Positions 31,619-41,726 of a stretch of 64,000 bases of DNA are shown here, piece after piece. The notes below the pieces were generated by a model that was not told where the DNA came from, ran no database searches, and saw only the letters and a list, made by a program, of their open reading frames with translations. Location of the stretch: positions 44,651-108,650 of the IMG/VR virus record IMGVR_UViG_3300030419_003599; one strand, 5' to 3'. This DNA is from a virus. A program made the position numbers and the translations under genes. Numbering within the stretch: the stretch's first letter is position 1; each line of letters starts with the position of its first letter.

Positions 31619-31752
31619 TGTTACTTTAGTTATGGTATCACCTCACATATATTCATGACGGGAATGGGTTCATAGAGAAATAAGTACAAACTACTATTCC
31701 AGAATCGCAAAACATGATTTTCCCATTATTATCTGACAAACCGTCTTGAATA

Positions 31753-32736
31753 TTATAAGAGTCCCTGCCTCAACTCCGGTAGCCCATTCCAAATGGGCTC
31801 CTTCCCTCTCATGGTAGTGAATACTATTCGCTCTTGCCCTTGTAGGGTAGGGTTGGTTTTGCACTTATGGAACTCTACACTGTATTGAGTCTCACCTGTA
31901 AGTGAGCCGTCTGCTTCCCGCACTCTCTTGCGGCGGCACCAAAGAATCTGGTTGAGGTAATTGTTGGTGTGCTTCTCCCAGTCGGGCTTCCACCCTCCTG
32001 TCTCTTGGTCACGGAATACTTCCGGCTTGATGTGTGTCTCCCAGAATACAGCCACCCCATTAGCCACCATCCTACGGCAGAGAGCCGTGAGTTGATGGAA
32101 GCGGGTGGTGCGGATACTCCAGTTCCATTGGTTACCCACCGTCTTGGTTGGGTCGCTTGCTTCAATGCCGTCCTTAGCGATACCCATATCTGTAATCTTC
32201 ATGTTGTTTTTACAGACAGTATCCCAAGAATCTACACTAGTGACCATGAAATAATGCAGTCGTGGCCCTTCGTAATCGGGTTGCATTTGTTTAACTGATT
32301 GCTGAACCGCTAACTGACCGATGTCCATTACACGCTGGTGCGTGCCGGGATAGTCGTATGCTGTACGGTCATCATGTTGCATGACCCATGGGTCCCAGCA
32401 CCTGATGCCGGGGTCATTACCCCAATGGGCTGACCGACAAGCGGCTGCTCCTCCATCAAAGTCAAGCACCCACATCATGTCACCATCTGCCTTGCTGTGC
32501 ATGAATCCATCCATAACCGTACCAGTCTTGGATGTGTTCTCATGCCCTACCACTCCACAGAACAGGTGGCTCTTGGGAGCATGGTCTGCTAGCATATTGA
32601 GTTCTTCTTCTAGGGCGGATAATCCTACCTTCTTCTGCGGGATAGCCTTGGTTACCTGCTCTTTCTCCGCAGCGACCTGCGCCGCTGCTTCCTTCTCTTC
32701 CGTTTTCCTGTAAATTGTCTTTCCGAATCCACTCAT
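31753..32736 (-). CDS. RecA-superfamily (Sak4/AAA_24-like) ATPase
   Basis: Variant P-loop GHENTSKT, VLDFDGG, Walker B-like VTSVD; next to the SSB-like gene. Confidence 0.6.
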   Translation of the reverse strand: MSGFGKTIYRKTEEKEAAAQVAAEKEQVTKAIPQKKVGLSALEEELNMLADHAPKSHLFCGVVGHENTSKTGTVMDGFMHSKADGDMMWVLDFDGGAAACRSAHWGNDPGIRCWDPWVMQHDDRTAYDYPGTHQRVMDIGQLAVQQSVKQMQPDYEGPRLHYFMVTSVDSWDTVCKNNMKITDMGIAKDGIEASDPTKTVGNQWNWSIRTTRFHQLTALCRRMVANGVAVFWETHIKPEVFRDQETGGWKPDWEKHTNNYLNQILWCRRKRVREADGSLTGETQYSVEFHKCKTNPTLQGQERIVFTTMRGKEPIWNGLPELRQGLL

Positions 32737-32888
32737 TGTTTATCCCTCTTCACCGTTCTTATGTGCGGCTTCACCTCAGTACCATCCTTACGGATGTAGC
32801 CTTTGACTAGCACCGCTCCTTCTATGGATACAATTTTTTTAGCGAGTTCCTCTAGGAACTCCTCTCTTGATATATCGTCTTTGCTCAT
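32733..32888 (-). CDS. 51-aa basic micro-protein (VKGYIRKDGTEVKPHIR motif), not in ORF track
   Basis: GAGGTGA RBS; its stop overlaps the ATG of the next gene (ATGA). Confidence 0.65.
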   Translation of the reverse strand: MSKDDISREEFLEELAKKIVSIEGAVLVKGYIRKDGTEVKPHIRTVKRDKQ

Positions 32889-32898
32889 TCATATCACC

Positions 32899-34188
32899 TC
32901 AATCAAACTGGCCTAGGCCAGTGTCACCTCCGCTCTGTCTGCGCCTGCTCCTGTTAGGGATTGCATAAACTCCCATGACATTCAACTTAGGTACATAGTG
33001 GTCACCTACTGCTCGTAGCCCAATGCGGCCACAAACCAATACTGTGCTACGCTCAGCGTATTCCACCCAGCCAGCCTCATCTCTAAACTCAAACGGATGA
33101 GTCAAGTCATTACATGCACCAGAAATCCAAAGGCGTACTTCCGCACGCTCATCACCGTAGGCTTGTTGGAGAGCCATGCTAGATATGTCCATACTGAAAT
33201 TGCGACCAGTTTGGTCATAGTCACTAGCCTGCCCTTCTGTGCTCATACGAGCAACGAATCCCTTAGTGAGCACGACTGGGCCAAAGTGACCATCGCCGTT
33301 AGACATCGCTTGCTTCTTACTTTCATAAGCCTCAACCAATTCATCCAGTTCCACATAGTACTCATGGAAATCTTCGCTTGTCCAGAAGCGTTCTGCTCTT
33401 AGGTCATGGCGCAGGTCTGGCTCCACGAACTCATCCGTGTAAGTAATATTACCAGTCCAGTCATCCCAAACTTCTATCACATCATCCCACCCATCAGATG
33501 CGTCTTCTCTCATTGGCTTACCTTGGAACTTACAAGGTACGCCGATAAGAACTTCATCATCAGGTTTAGCAGAGACACGAAGCATGCGTATCTCATCTTC
33601 AAATGCGCCTTTCTCGTTGCCGAGGAAGTACATGTACCGAGTTGAATCATAGCACGGGAATGGCTTACCGTAGTTAGCAGACTCTGTGTTCTTCACTAGC
33701 ATACCTAGTAATGTCTCTCCACATCTAAAGGAGTCCCTAGGCATTTGCCCTTCAACTACTTCTTCTCCTGTATCTACAAGACCGTTCTTGGTCTGTATGT
33801 ACCACTTACCTTCCTTGCTACTAAACACACCTACCCCTCCGCTATCAATAGCGGCGTCCGGGTTATTCTGGTACGCTTTACATAACTTGGTTCTCATATT
33901 CTCTCTACGGTCACTCCACTTACCGGCTACGCCTGTAAAGTGCCCTACATATTCAACAGTGCTACCGCCACCGCCTTTCTTTCGGCGGGTCTCCATAAAG
34001 AAGCCCTCGGATAGGTCAATGATGAGGTCTTCATCCTCGTCCCTCCAGTCTTCTATACCGAAATCGCTGCGCAGATATACCACGAAGTCTCCCGTGACAT
34101 CTCCCAGCGAGGCTCCGGTGCGTTCTGCATATGCCTCCAATCTCTTTCTGACCTCATCCGGCCATTCGTCTGTGCTTTCATTGCTCAT
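32899..34188 (-). CDS. Probable single-stranded DNA-binding protein (RPA-like)
   Basis: Acidic 429-aa protein between RFC and the recombinase-like gene, with an OB-fold-like C-terminal part (VLVCGRI) and tail DTGLGQFD. Call is mainly contextual. Confidence 0.5.
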   Translation of the reverse strand: MSNESTDEWPDEVRKRLEAYAERTGASLGDVTGDFVVYLRSDFGIEDWRDEDEDLIIDLSEGFFMETRRKKGGGGSTVEYVGHFTGVAGKWSDRRENMRTKLCKAYQNNPDAAIDSGGVGVFSSKEGKWYIQTKNGLVDTGEEVVEGQMPRDSFRCGETLLGMLVKNTESANYGKPFPCYDSTRYMYFLGNEKGAFEDEIRMLRVSAKPDDEVLIGVPCKFQGKPMREDASDGWDDVIEVWDDWTGNITYTDEFVEPDLRHDLRAERFWTSEDFHEYYVELDELVEAYESKKQAMSNGDGHFGPVVLTKGFVARMSTEGQASDYDQTGRNFSMDISSMALQQAYGDERAEVRLWISGACNDLTHPFEFRDEAGWVEYAERSTVLVCGRIGLRAVGDHYVPKLNVMGVYAIPNRSRRRQSGGDTGLGQFD

Positions 34189-34214
34189 TTTACCACCTCT
34201 TGGTTCTATTCTTT

Positions 34215-35165
34215 TTATTGCTGATGGTTCTTAAAGGAACTACCAGATTCCGCAGCCAACCGGGCTACGAAATACTCGTAGAAGGAACGGTCATCAGCAG
34301 GCCATTCCATTGACATTCGCATGAACTCTCCCCATACCAACATGAAGGCGAAGTACTCCTCGTCTTCAAGCAGGTCACGGATGCGTCTGCGAAGGCCCTT
34401 TAAGATTGTGAATCTGTCATCCCCTCTCTCTAGCGCGCCGTTGATGCGCACAGATACAAGGGATAAGTCGCCAGCCATGAGCGCTAAGGCAGCATCATCT
34501 AGTTCGCTGCCCTGCCCACGCACTGCACCTATGATGGTCTCTTCATCATAGTTAGGTAGGCTCTCAAGAATGGAAATGGCTTGGCGCAGGTCACCGTTAC
34601 ACACTGCGACCAAGGACTCAAGTTGCTCTCGTGGGACACCGCCGGGCACATAGTCACAAGTAATGTGATTAAGGAAAAGCGCTCCTTCTTCAGGGGTGAC
34701 TGGGGAAAACTTGTAATGCCTGCATCGTGATTTGATAGCAGGCTTGAGTTTGTCTGGCCTGTTGGCCGTGAGTATAAACAGGGTGCTCTTACCTGTAGTC
34801 TCTATGACTTGGCGCAGCGCATCCTGTGCTGCTGGTGTGAGGCCGTCTGCCTCATCTAATAGGATGACCTTGCGGTCACCAGTAGGTGAGCGAACCCTAG
34901 CCATCTGCTTGAGTTCTTCACGCACGAATGTAATACCCCTATCATCAGAGGCGTTGGTGACGATGTAGTTACCACCAAGTTCTCCATCGTGCATCTCCAT
35001 GGCTATGGCTCGGGCGGCTGTAGTCTTGCCTGTGCCCGGTGGTCCTGAGAACAGGAGGGCAGGCGGGTAGCCGTTATCCTTCCACCCATAAGCGTCACGC
35101 TTGAGGTCAGCAAGGCCAGCCATCTCTACCATAGTGCTGGGGCGATACTTCTCTGTCCAATTCAT
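34215..35165 (-). CDS. rfcS: Replication factor C small subunit (clamp loader)
   Basis: WTEKYRP, GPPGTGKT, NASDDRG, LDEAD, SRC, GDLR motifs. Confidence 0.96.
   Translation of the reverse strand: MNWTEKYRPSTMVEMAGLADLKRDAYGWKDNGYPPALLFSGPPGTGKTTAARAIAMEMHDGELGGNYIVTNASDDRGITFVREELKQMARVRSPTGDRKVILLDEADGLTPAAQDALRQVIETTGKSTLFILTANRPDKLKPAIKSRCRHYKFSPVTPEEGALFLNHITCDYVPGGVPREQLESLVAVCNGDLRQAISILESLPNYDEETIIGAVRGQGSELDDAALALMAGDLSLVSVRINGALERGDDRFTILKGLRRRIRDLLEDEEYFAFMLVWGEFMRMSMEWPADDRSFYEYFVARLAAESGSSFKNHQQ
34217..34237 (-). promoter_or_regulatory. Conserved promoter motif copy 3
   Basis: + strand attgctgatggttcttaaagg, overlapping the RFC 3' end. Confidence 0.8.
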
Positions 35166-35266
35166 GCTGTCACCTCTCTGCATTTGTCACACTTCCTAGT
35201 TCTATCATGAGACCAATGGACATGGGTATCACAGTATCTACACTTCTTAGCCCAATGCGTACTCAT
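35162..35266 (-). CDS. 34-aa zinc-finger micro-protein (CRYC...CDKC), not in ORF track
   Basis: MSTHWAKKCRYCDTHVHWSHDRTRKCDKCREVTA; GGTGA RBS; ATGA overlap with the RFC start. Confidence 0.6.
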   Translation of the reverse strand: MSTHWAKKCRYCDTHVHWSHDRTRKCDKCREVTA

Positions 35267-35352
35267 GCTCTCACCTTTAGGGGGTTTTGGCTTAGGTAGG
35301 GGGGGAGGGGGGTAGGGGTATTTTTCTGTGGCATCTTTTCACCGTCTTTTTT

Positions 35353-35373
35353 ATTGCTGATGGTTCTTAAAGG
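35353..35373 (-). promoter_or_regulatory. Conserved promoter motif copy 4
   Basis: + strand attgctgatggttcttaaagg. Confidence 0.8.
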
Positions 35374-35750
35374 ATTGAATCAACATGCGCTACATACTCA
35401 CGGAAGGCATCAACATCATCATACGAAGGGGGGTGTAAGCATAAGTGACGCACTGCTTCATAGGGGTACGGCTGCCTGACAAAGTCCTTCCATGGCTCTA
35501 GGAGTTCTACGAGTTTGAGTAGGCTCTCCGCCTCTTTTACTCTCCCCTTCTTGTCACTCTTTATCCCCTGTCTGATTAGGTACTCATGTATCAATTGCTT
35601 AGTGGGCTCGGTTCTATTAGCGCCCACTAAGCCTGTCGCTACAAGTATGTACCCGCATTTATTGCTGCGCTCTCTCAATTCAACCGTGAAGGAAGAAGAT
35701 AGAATGAGCATACCTAGCGCCAATTTATCTCCCCTGTGCGATGATGTCAT
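35367..35750 (-). CDS. Hypothetical protein (possible degenerate LAGLIDADG-like fold)
   Basis: ATGA-coupled to the ligase-like gene; the fold suggestion is weak. Confidence 0.45.
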   Translation of the reverse strand: MTSSHRGDKLALGMLILSSSFTVELRERSNKCGYILVATGLVGANRTEPTKQLIHEYLIRQGIKSDKKGRVKEAESLLKLVELLEPWKDFVRQPYPYEAVRHLCLHPPSYDDVDAFREYVAHVDSIL

Positions 35751-37159
35751 TTAGCCACCTCTACAATGTCAGTGAATTGACTGGCGTCTCCCCTCCCTAA
35801 CTCCCCGTTTATCCCTGACGGTTCGTAATTGAGGAACTCATGGGTCTCTTTGTCTATGTCTGTACATGACCCCTCCATGATTATACCCAGACCTTCTATG
35901 TCTTCCCAGTCTTCTTCAGGGGTGAAGCCCCTGCGGTTGAAAGTGTAGATGATGTTAGCGCTCTGCTCTGCGTCAAGAGTGAGCGTGTGTATATGATAAG
36001 CATCAAACCCGTCAAGGGCTGCTAACCTCAAACACACAAAGCCGTCTTGGTCTTTCTTGGCGTGAGTCACTAGTAGCCGGAATTGGAATGCATGATGTAT
36101 GAGAATCCAACCGCCCTTATCCCCCGGTTTATATGGCCCCGGCTCTACTATACGAGCCATGTCGCCATCTCCTAACATCTCCATGATATCTACGGCTGCT
36201 TCATGCCCAGTTAAGAGGAGAGGCTGCACTACTTTCAGCCGTTTTTCGTGATGAGACCACGGCTCTAGTTTAGCCAGCCTTTCTTCGTAAGACAGATGTA
36301 TAGTAGAGCCATTGTGGAACAGGCAGTCGGTCACTGCCCACAGCCTGTCGTTGATAGACTCCACTTCAACTATCCAATTACCGCGTGGCCGGTGCCCACT
36401 CCACATGGAATGCAGGCTGACACACCTCTCTCCGTTACGGTTACGGAGGGCTGCTTTACCGTCATGTATGTGTAAAAATCTCCGTGGGCCTCTCACTATG
36501 TCAAGGAAGCATCCTTCAGGGGTGGTGCTTTTTCCCCACGGATGATAGTTAGCCCCTCTAACTGGGCTTTCCGCTCTAGGTTTGAGTGACGGGATAGTCT
36601 CGGGAGAATGGAGTAGGCGATTGACGACCTCAAGAAATGGTGTAGTGGAGTAGGCAAGCAATGTATCATCAGGTGAAAAGTCCCATTCGGGAGTTCTCAC
36701 GCACGCTAAAGCATAGATGAATGACCCTCTTGTGAAATTGGAGGGACTCTTTGAAAGGGCAGCAGTCCAAAATAAGAGGGCTTCCAACTCATTCATTTGT
36801 TGAGTGAGACCAAGAATGTCGTACCTCTCAATCTCTTTTAGTATGGCTAAGGCTTGCTTTACTGTCAGTCCTTCTGACTCGTAGTCCCGCGATTCAGAAG
36901 CGAGCGCTTGAGGGAATGTCTCTCCCTTCAAACTGTTAAGCGGGGTATGAGAATATACATTGGCTTCGTCTGCTAGTTTAAGGCGGAGGTTCTTGGCACT
37001 GGTATAGGGGCCGTTGTATAGTAACTCGCAAGCGGTGATAAAATCTTCATCATCACCCGCCTCAAGCATTGCGGTAATAACAGCAGACTTTTGCCAAAAG
37101 TTAGGCTTTTCATTACACCACAAATCTGCAACTAATAAAGCGAGAGTTTCTAATTTCAT
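35747..37159 (-). CDS. Divergent ATP-dependent DNA ligase-like protein
   Basis: Helical N-domain, RGPRRFLHI...RNRNGE, DCLF..G..I.LSYEERL..L and YKPG motifs; the KxDG lysine is not evident. Confidence 0.6.
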   Translation of the reverse strand: MKLETLALLVADLWCNEKPNFWQKSAVITAMLEAGDDEDFITACELLYNGPYTSAKNLRLKLADEANVYSHTPLNSLKGETFPQALASESRDYESEGLTVKQALAILKEIERYDILGLTQQMNELEALLFWTAALSKSPSNFTRGSFIYALACVRTPEWDFSPDDTLLAYSTTPFLEVVNRLLHSPETIPSLKPRAESPVRGANYHPWGKSTTPEGCFLDIVRGPRRFLHIHDGKAALRNRNGERCVSLHSMWSGHRPRGNWIVEVESINDRLWAVTDCLFHNGSTIHLSYEERLAKLEPWSHHEKRLKVVQPLLLTGHEAAVDIMEMLGDGDMARIVEPGPYKPGDKGGWILIHHAFQFRLLVTHAKKDQDGFVCLRLAALDGFDAYHIHTLTLDAEQSANIIYTFNRRGFTPEEDWEDIEGLGIIMEGSCTDIDKETHEFLNYEPSGINGELGRGDASQFTDIVEVAK

Positions 37160-37162
37160 ACC

Positions 37163-37897
37163 TCACTCCTCCTCACCCCCGCTGTCGGAGGGTGGCTTAG
37201 CGAACAGGCAATAAGTGCCGCGTATATGTGGGGGGACAGGCTCTCCTTCATGCGTAGAACCTAGAGGTGCGCACATCTCAGCGGCTACCCCTCCATCTAC
37301 CAAATCAACTACTTGCTCCCGTGTGAGCACTGTAAATGTCCCTGTAGGAGTCCTCCATTGGAAAAATAAGTCGTCCCCTCCTAGCAAACCATAGTCTTGG
37401 GGGTCTATCTGGAATTGAGTAGAACATTCATCGCATTCTAATGACACTACCCATCTTTCAATTTCAACGCCTTTACCCTCATCATCAAGGGCTGCTTGCA
37501 TCCCTTGTGTTTCCCACATCCCATCTTCTAATGGCATATCCACTAACTTGTGGTCACACTCTACATTAGGGCAATCCCATTGAGCGGCAATCTCTTGCTG
37601 CCTGAGCAATTCTTGGAACTGCGCTTCTTGTGGATTGAGTGACGGGACTACCATCTCTGCTTGGCTCTCTTCTACTATCCAGTCAGTGCTTTCTAATGTC
37701 GCCAAAACTCTCCGGTGCATCTCTCCAGATTCAGGGTGCTGAGTGATGCGCCGTAAGGTGAGTTCCTCATCACCTGTGCGCTCGTATTCTAACCCTGTCC
37801 CGCCCGGAGCCCAAACTCCACCTATCCTAATTCCTGTTAAATGACCTAATGTCCATTCTATGTCTTCACTAGTCGGCTCCCAATTTTCTGTATTCAT
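37163..37897 (-). CDS. Hypothetical acidic protein with Cys pairs
   Basis: 244-aa ORF, ATGA-coupled. Confidence 0.7.
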   Translation of the reverse strand: MNTENWEPTSEDIEWTLGHLTGIRIGGVWAPGGTGLEYERTGDEELTLRRITQHPESGEMHRRVLATLESTDWIVEESQAEMVVPSLNPQEAQFQELLRQQEIAAQWDCPNVECDHKLVDMPLEDGMWETQGMQAALDDEGKGVEIERWVVSLECDECSTQFQIDPQDYGLLGGDDLFFQWRTPTGTFTVLTREQVVDLVDGGVAAEMCAPLGSTHEGEPVPPHIRGTYCLFAKPPSDSGGEEE

Positions 37898-39720
37898 TTC
37901 TTCACCTCATATGTCTGTGTAGTATTAGACCCCCACCCTTTGTGATGTTCTTTCACCCAAATTACCCTGCCTCTCATCTCTTTGTATCGTTCCGAGCGCA
38001 GCGTCCTGAAATGGCCTCTCACTTGGTGGTATCGTGTCCCACTGCCCTCTGCTGAGGCAATCCTATTTACATACCTTTTGACTTCACCGGAGAGACGGAT
38101 GGTCTTACGCTCGGGCAACGGGGGTAATCCTTGTCTTTTTCTCCTAGCCTCTCTTTTCTTGATTGCTTTGGCACTGCCCTTTTGCCCAGCATCTACCCAT
38201 TCTACATCGGGGAGTTGGATGAATAAGAGCAAACCAATAATGAAATCTACTATGTAGCGGTCGTCCTTGGTGTCCCCAGATTTACGGGGACGGGTAGGGA
38301 ACTCGGGCTCTTCATCCCAAGTGCATACCCCTAACTCCCTACTATATCTATGGCGCTCGGGGGTCCCATCAGCAGTTACGCTTGCTTCAACCCAATCAAT
38401 TAGCCAACTCCTTTTGTTATCAAACTCTCCAGATGAAGCATTACAGACAATGATAGGTCGGTTAGTGTGGGGGATATCACTCCATTCCATCTCAAGCGTT
38501 TCACATGTGCTCATGTCAAATACAACCGCTTTCTGTGTGTTATCATTAAACCTGTATTTTTCCCATTGTGTATTATCTATTTCATGGAGAGTGAGTCCCT
38601 CAAGTAAGGTACCGCTTGGCAGCGGGAGCCTGACATCAAGGTACATAGAAGAGTAAGGCAACCTCATGAACTCTGGATGGATGCGGCTGGGCAAACCTTG
38701 GTTAATGATTAATTCTCTAGTATCGGGGTCTATCACGAAAGACATGGACTCTCTTAATTGTTTAATGTACGAACCGACGCTTCTATTGCGCATGTCCAAC
38801 TCAGCACTATGGCGCGCCCATGTCTCGTAATTACTCGTATCGTAATATTTTTCCAAGGCTCCCCCTGATTCTAATAGTAACCTCTCAATGAAATCACCGT
38901 TGCTGTGCTTTGTGTATATAGAGTGTTTTGATTCTGGCATCATCGTATTCTCTGCCCAATGAAAGAGGCGATTCTTGAGCATCCAGTCACGACAATCCGA
39001 GGTAGTGTCCTTTAGCCAGTCGCTAACCGCGGCCTCAAAGGGGTTATCAGAGTACCATTCTGCTTTTGGGCCGTCTTTGGAACCGACTAACGCAACCATT
39101 TCTTCCAAATGTGATAAGTATTTTTCCTTGGGCGCCCCGAAGAAAAGCCCATTGAGAAAAACTAAGTTGTAGAACAAAGTGTGGCGTTTTTTTGGGAGTT
39201 TATTTTGCTTGTAAGCCTCGCCAATATTGTCTAATATTTTCGCATATGCCCCTTTACACATGGCTTCATATGCTTGCTTATGATACAAAATACCCATTTT
39301 TTCCTCAAAGTCCATCCGGCTGAATCCATAATGGAATGCATCTATGGCTTCACTCTCAATCCATTCCCGATAACTCAAGTTTTTTAGGCGGTCTTCATCA
39401 AAAGTTATGATTATATCTCTACCCTCTACCTTCAAATCGGAAGGAAATATATTGTTAGCGTAGGCATCGCTTACGGCAAACGCCATGGCCGCTATTGAGA
39501 TTGCTGAGGGGTCGTCATCAAGCCCATAATCCATGATTGGTTTAATGAAAAATATAGCATCGTTCTTAGCCTCATCAGATATCGTATCTCCGACAGAGTC
39601 ATTCAAAAGACGCACTGTTTCTCTCATTATCCATGCTGGAGTATTTTTGTTTAGGGCTCTAGTCCTCTTCTTCTTAGGGCGCGCCCCCTTTCTGCGTGGG
39701 ATTCTACGCCTACCCATCAA
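37894..39720 (-). CDS. Hypothetical protein with basic N-terminus and C-terminal HxVRGHxR...WVxxH motif
   Basis: 608-aa ORF, coupled on both sides. Confidence 0.7.
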   Translation of the reverse strand: MMGRRRIPRRKGARPKKKRTRALNKNTPAWIMRETVRLLNDSVGDTISDEAKNDAIFFIKPIMDYGLDDDPSAISIAAMAFAVSDAYANNIFPSDLKVEGRDIIITFDEDRLKNLSYREWIESEAIDAFHYGFSRMDFEEKMGILYHKQAYEAMCKGAYAKILDNIGEAYKQNKLPKKRHTLFYNLVFLNGLFFGAPKEKYLSHLEEMVALVGSKDGPKAEWYSDNPFEAAVSDWLKDTTSDCRDWMLKNRLFHWAENTMMPESKHSIYTKHSNGDFIERLLLESGGALEKYYDTSNYETWARHSAELDMRNRSVGSYIKQLRESMSFVIDPDTRELIINQGLPSRIHPEFMRLPYSSMYLDVRLPLPSGTLLEGLTLHEIDNTQWEKYRFNDNTQKAVVFDMSTCETLEMEWSDIPHTNRPIIVCNASSGEFDNKRSWLIDWVEASVTADGTPERHRYSRELGVCTWDEEPEFPTRPRKSGDTKDDRYIVDFIIGLLLFIQLPDVEWVDAGQKGSAKAIKKREARRKRQGLPPLPERKTIRLSGEVKRYVNRIASAEGSGTRYHQVRGHFRTLRSERYKEMRGRVIWVKEHHKGWGSNTTQTYEVKK

Positions 39721-40091
39721 GCCATCCTCTCTTCAAAATCTCCCTTACCGCCATTAAGAATCCAAACCATATTGTTACAACACTTAGCGGCTAGGTAAAG
39801 ATGGAACTCCTCTAACATAAGAATGATGCCTCTCGGGTCAATTTTCTTCTTACAATTAGGGCAATGTTTGTAGCAATCAATTGCTTTCAACAACGCCAAA
39901 ACTGTCTGGGTTTCGTAAGGACCCCCTTTAACATATTCAGGTACAGGGAAAGTCATCTCTCTCACATCGCAACTCATGCCGTCTTCGCCCGTCCAAAAAC
40001 CGTCTTCACTGACGCTATCTGGGGTAACATCCAGACCTTGTATATACACGCCTATGTATTCAATGTCATCATCATCGTCTGCCATACTCAA
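39717..40091 (-). CDS. Hypothetical protein (CPNC...CC)
   Basis: 124-aa ORF overlapping both neighbours. Confidence 0.6.
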   Translation of the reverse strand: MSMADDDDDIEYIGVYIQGLDVTPDSVSEDGFWTGEDGMSCDVREMTFPVPEYVKGGPYETQTVLALLKAIDCYKHCPNCKKKIDPRGIILMLEEFHLYLAAKCCNNMVWILNGGKGDFEERMA

Positions 40092-41677
40092 CCCTCGTTT
40101 AATACAGAAAGGACTTCACTTGCTGTGGGTACCTTGTCCCCGAGACCTACCACACCTTCTTCTGCAACGAAGGAGCGGAAATCACTCCAATCCTCTGGTG
40201 CAATAGGGCGACCGATGGTCTTTGAGTATCCCTTCATAGTAGTAGTACCCAACTTAGTGAATAAAGAATCAACTTTGCGTAGCCTGTCATCAACAGTGTT
40301 CAATTGTAGGGTGCTCCCCTTGAGGATGCGGTTCTTGCTTTTCCATTCTGGCCTGTGAGTAATAGCACCAGTCATTACTTGGTAAGCATGGAACAAAGTA
40401 CCTTGGTCTTCTCCAGCACGAACCCACGGTTCGCTTGGGTTAGCCCATCCGTGTCCGAACAGTTCCCACATGTGATTACCAATCAGTTCCCCATCTTTGT
40501 TAGGACGAGGCCATGATATAAGTCCTGCTCTCTCTGACAATGTGAGTAGTCGCTGGAAGGCTTGGTCTTCTAGCCTAACATTCTTGAGTGCTTCTACATG
40601 ACCAAGGCCACGCTGAGCACCTACAATTACATCATCTATGGTAGTAGCGAACTCGTCCCAATCTATGTCACCCAAGTTGCCTTCACTATGCTTCAAGGAT
40701 AAGATGTTCTGTTGCCCACCGATAACACCTGCATTGGTGCAAGCCAATCGGCGTGCTACCGCCTGCACTCTAAACGAACCTCTACCATCCAATGAATTGT
40801 GGATACTAAAGCCATATCTCCACATTTTATGGACTTGTTCTTGTAAGCCAGCGACTGTCTCAGGGGCGAGCCAACCGCTGTCGGGCTCAGCCACAGTGCT
40901 CCAGTCATTACTCAAACCAGTCCCGTAGCCAGTCCCACGATGGTGGATAGCACCCATTACATCGCAGTCTAACCTAGCCTGCCTACCTCTCTTGAAAGCA
41001 AGCACACTGGCTTGCCATCCGTTCTCCGCTGCCTTCTGTAGAATGGGGCGGAATACTTTGGGGTACGATAAAGCATAGTAACGGTCACTATAGGTGCCGA
41101 GTAATGCCCCCGCTGGCTCCCTTGCACTCCTAAAGTTAGGGTTAAATCCTAGATAAACGGCCGTCTCTCCATTCTCTTTATTCACCCTCTGCATACGAGG
41201 AGCCATAGTCTCGCTCTTCTCTTCTTGTACAGGGACATAAGCAGGTAACATGACTGGCTCAAAATCCCAGTCACAGATTGTCTCAAATCTACCACCGCTA
41301 AGCAGCGCCCCTCCCCATACATCAGTGACGATATCTCTACCGTCATCCCCTTCAACTATGATTGTAGGAGCGTCTTCTACCTGAAATGAGGGACGGGCGT
41401 CATCAAAAGCGACATCCGGTATGTCTTCACCATTCTCCAAAGCATCCACAACTGCGATGTCGGCGCCATCGTTTATCATCGGAGCAGCAGCCCCCTTAAA
41501 GCCATCCACTGACCTTAACACGAAGGCTGTTCTCCCATCGCTTAGTGGTGTTTGTTTGATAATGCTAGACCTAGATACCCATTCATGTCGGGTACCGCTC
41601 TGTGCCTCATATTGAATGAGGATGCGCGAGCCGCTTGCATCATCTATCTTTCCTATTACTATTGTTTTGTCTGTCAT
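40088..41677 (-). CDS. DUF932/DUF945-domain protein
   Basis: NSLDGRGSF.V.....RLACTN....LKHS signature. Confidence 0.7.
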   Translation of the reverse strand: MTDKTIVIGKIDDASGSRILIQYEAQSGTRHEWVSRSSIIKQTPLSDGRTAFVLRSVDGFKGAAAPMINDGADIAVVDALENGEDIPDVAFDDARPSFQVEDAPTIIVEGDDGRDIVTDVWGGALLSGGRFETICDWDFEPVMLPAYVPVQEEKSETMAPRMQRVNKENGETAVYLGFNPNFRSAREPAGALLGTYSDRYYALSYPKVFRPILQKAAENGWQASVLAFKRGRQARLDCDVMGAIHHRGTGYGTGLSNDWSTVAEPDSGWLAPETVAGLQEQVHKMWRYGFSIHNSLDGRGSFRVQAVARRLACTNAGVIGGQQNILSLKHSEGNLGDIDWDEFATTIDDVIVGAQRGLGHVEALKNVRLEDQAFQRLLTLSERAGLISWPRPNKDGELIGNHMWELFGHGWANPSEPWVRAGEDQGTLFHAYQVMTGAITHRPEWKSKNRILKGSTLQLNTVDDRLRKVDSLFTKLGTTTMKGYSKTIGRPIAPEDWSDFRSFVAEEGVVGLGDKVPTASEVLSVLNEG

Positions 41678-41705
41678 TCATTCACTTCCTTTTTCTATCT
41701 TATTT

Positions 41706-41726
41706 ATTGCTGATGGTTCTTAAAGG
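41706..41726 (-). promoter_or_regulatory. Conserved promoter motif copy 5
   Basis: + strand attgctgatggttcttaaagg. Confidence 0.8.

Noticed and set aside
19528-35165. Interpretation as a cellular archaeal chromosome segment
   Set aside because: Housekeeping-like genes are divergent, packed with virus-type genes, share a dedicated promoter motif and adjoin a tail module; no ribosomal or metabolic operons are present.
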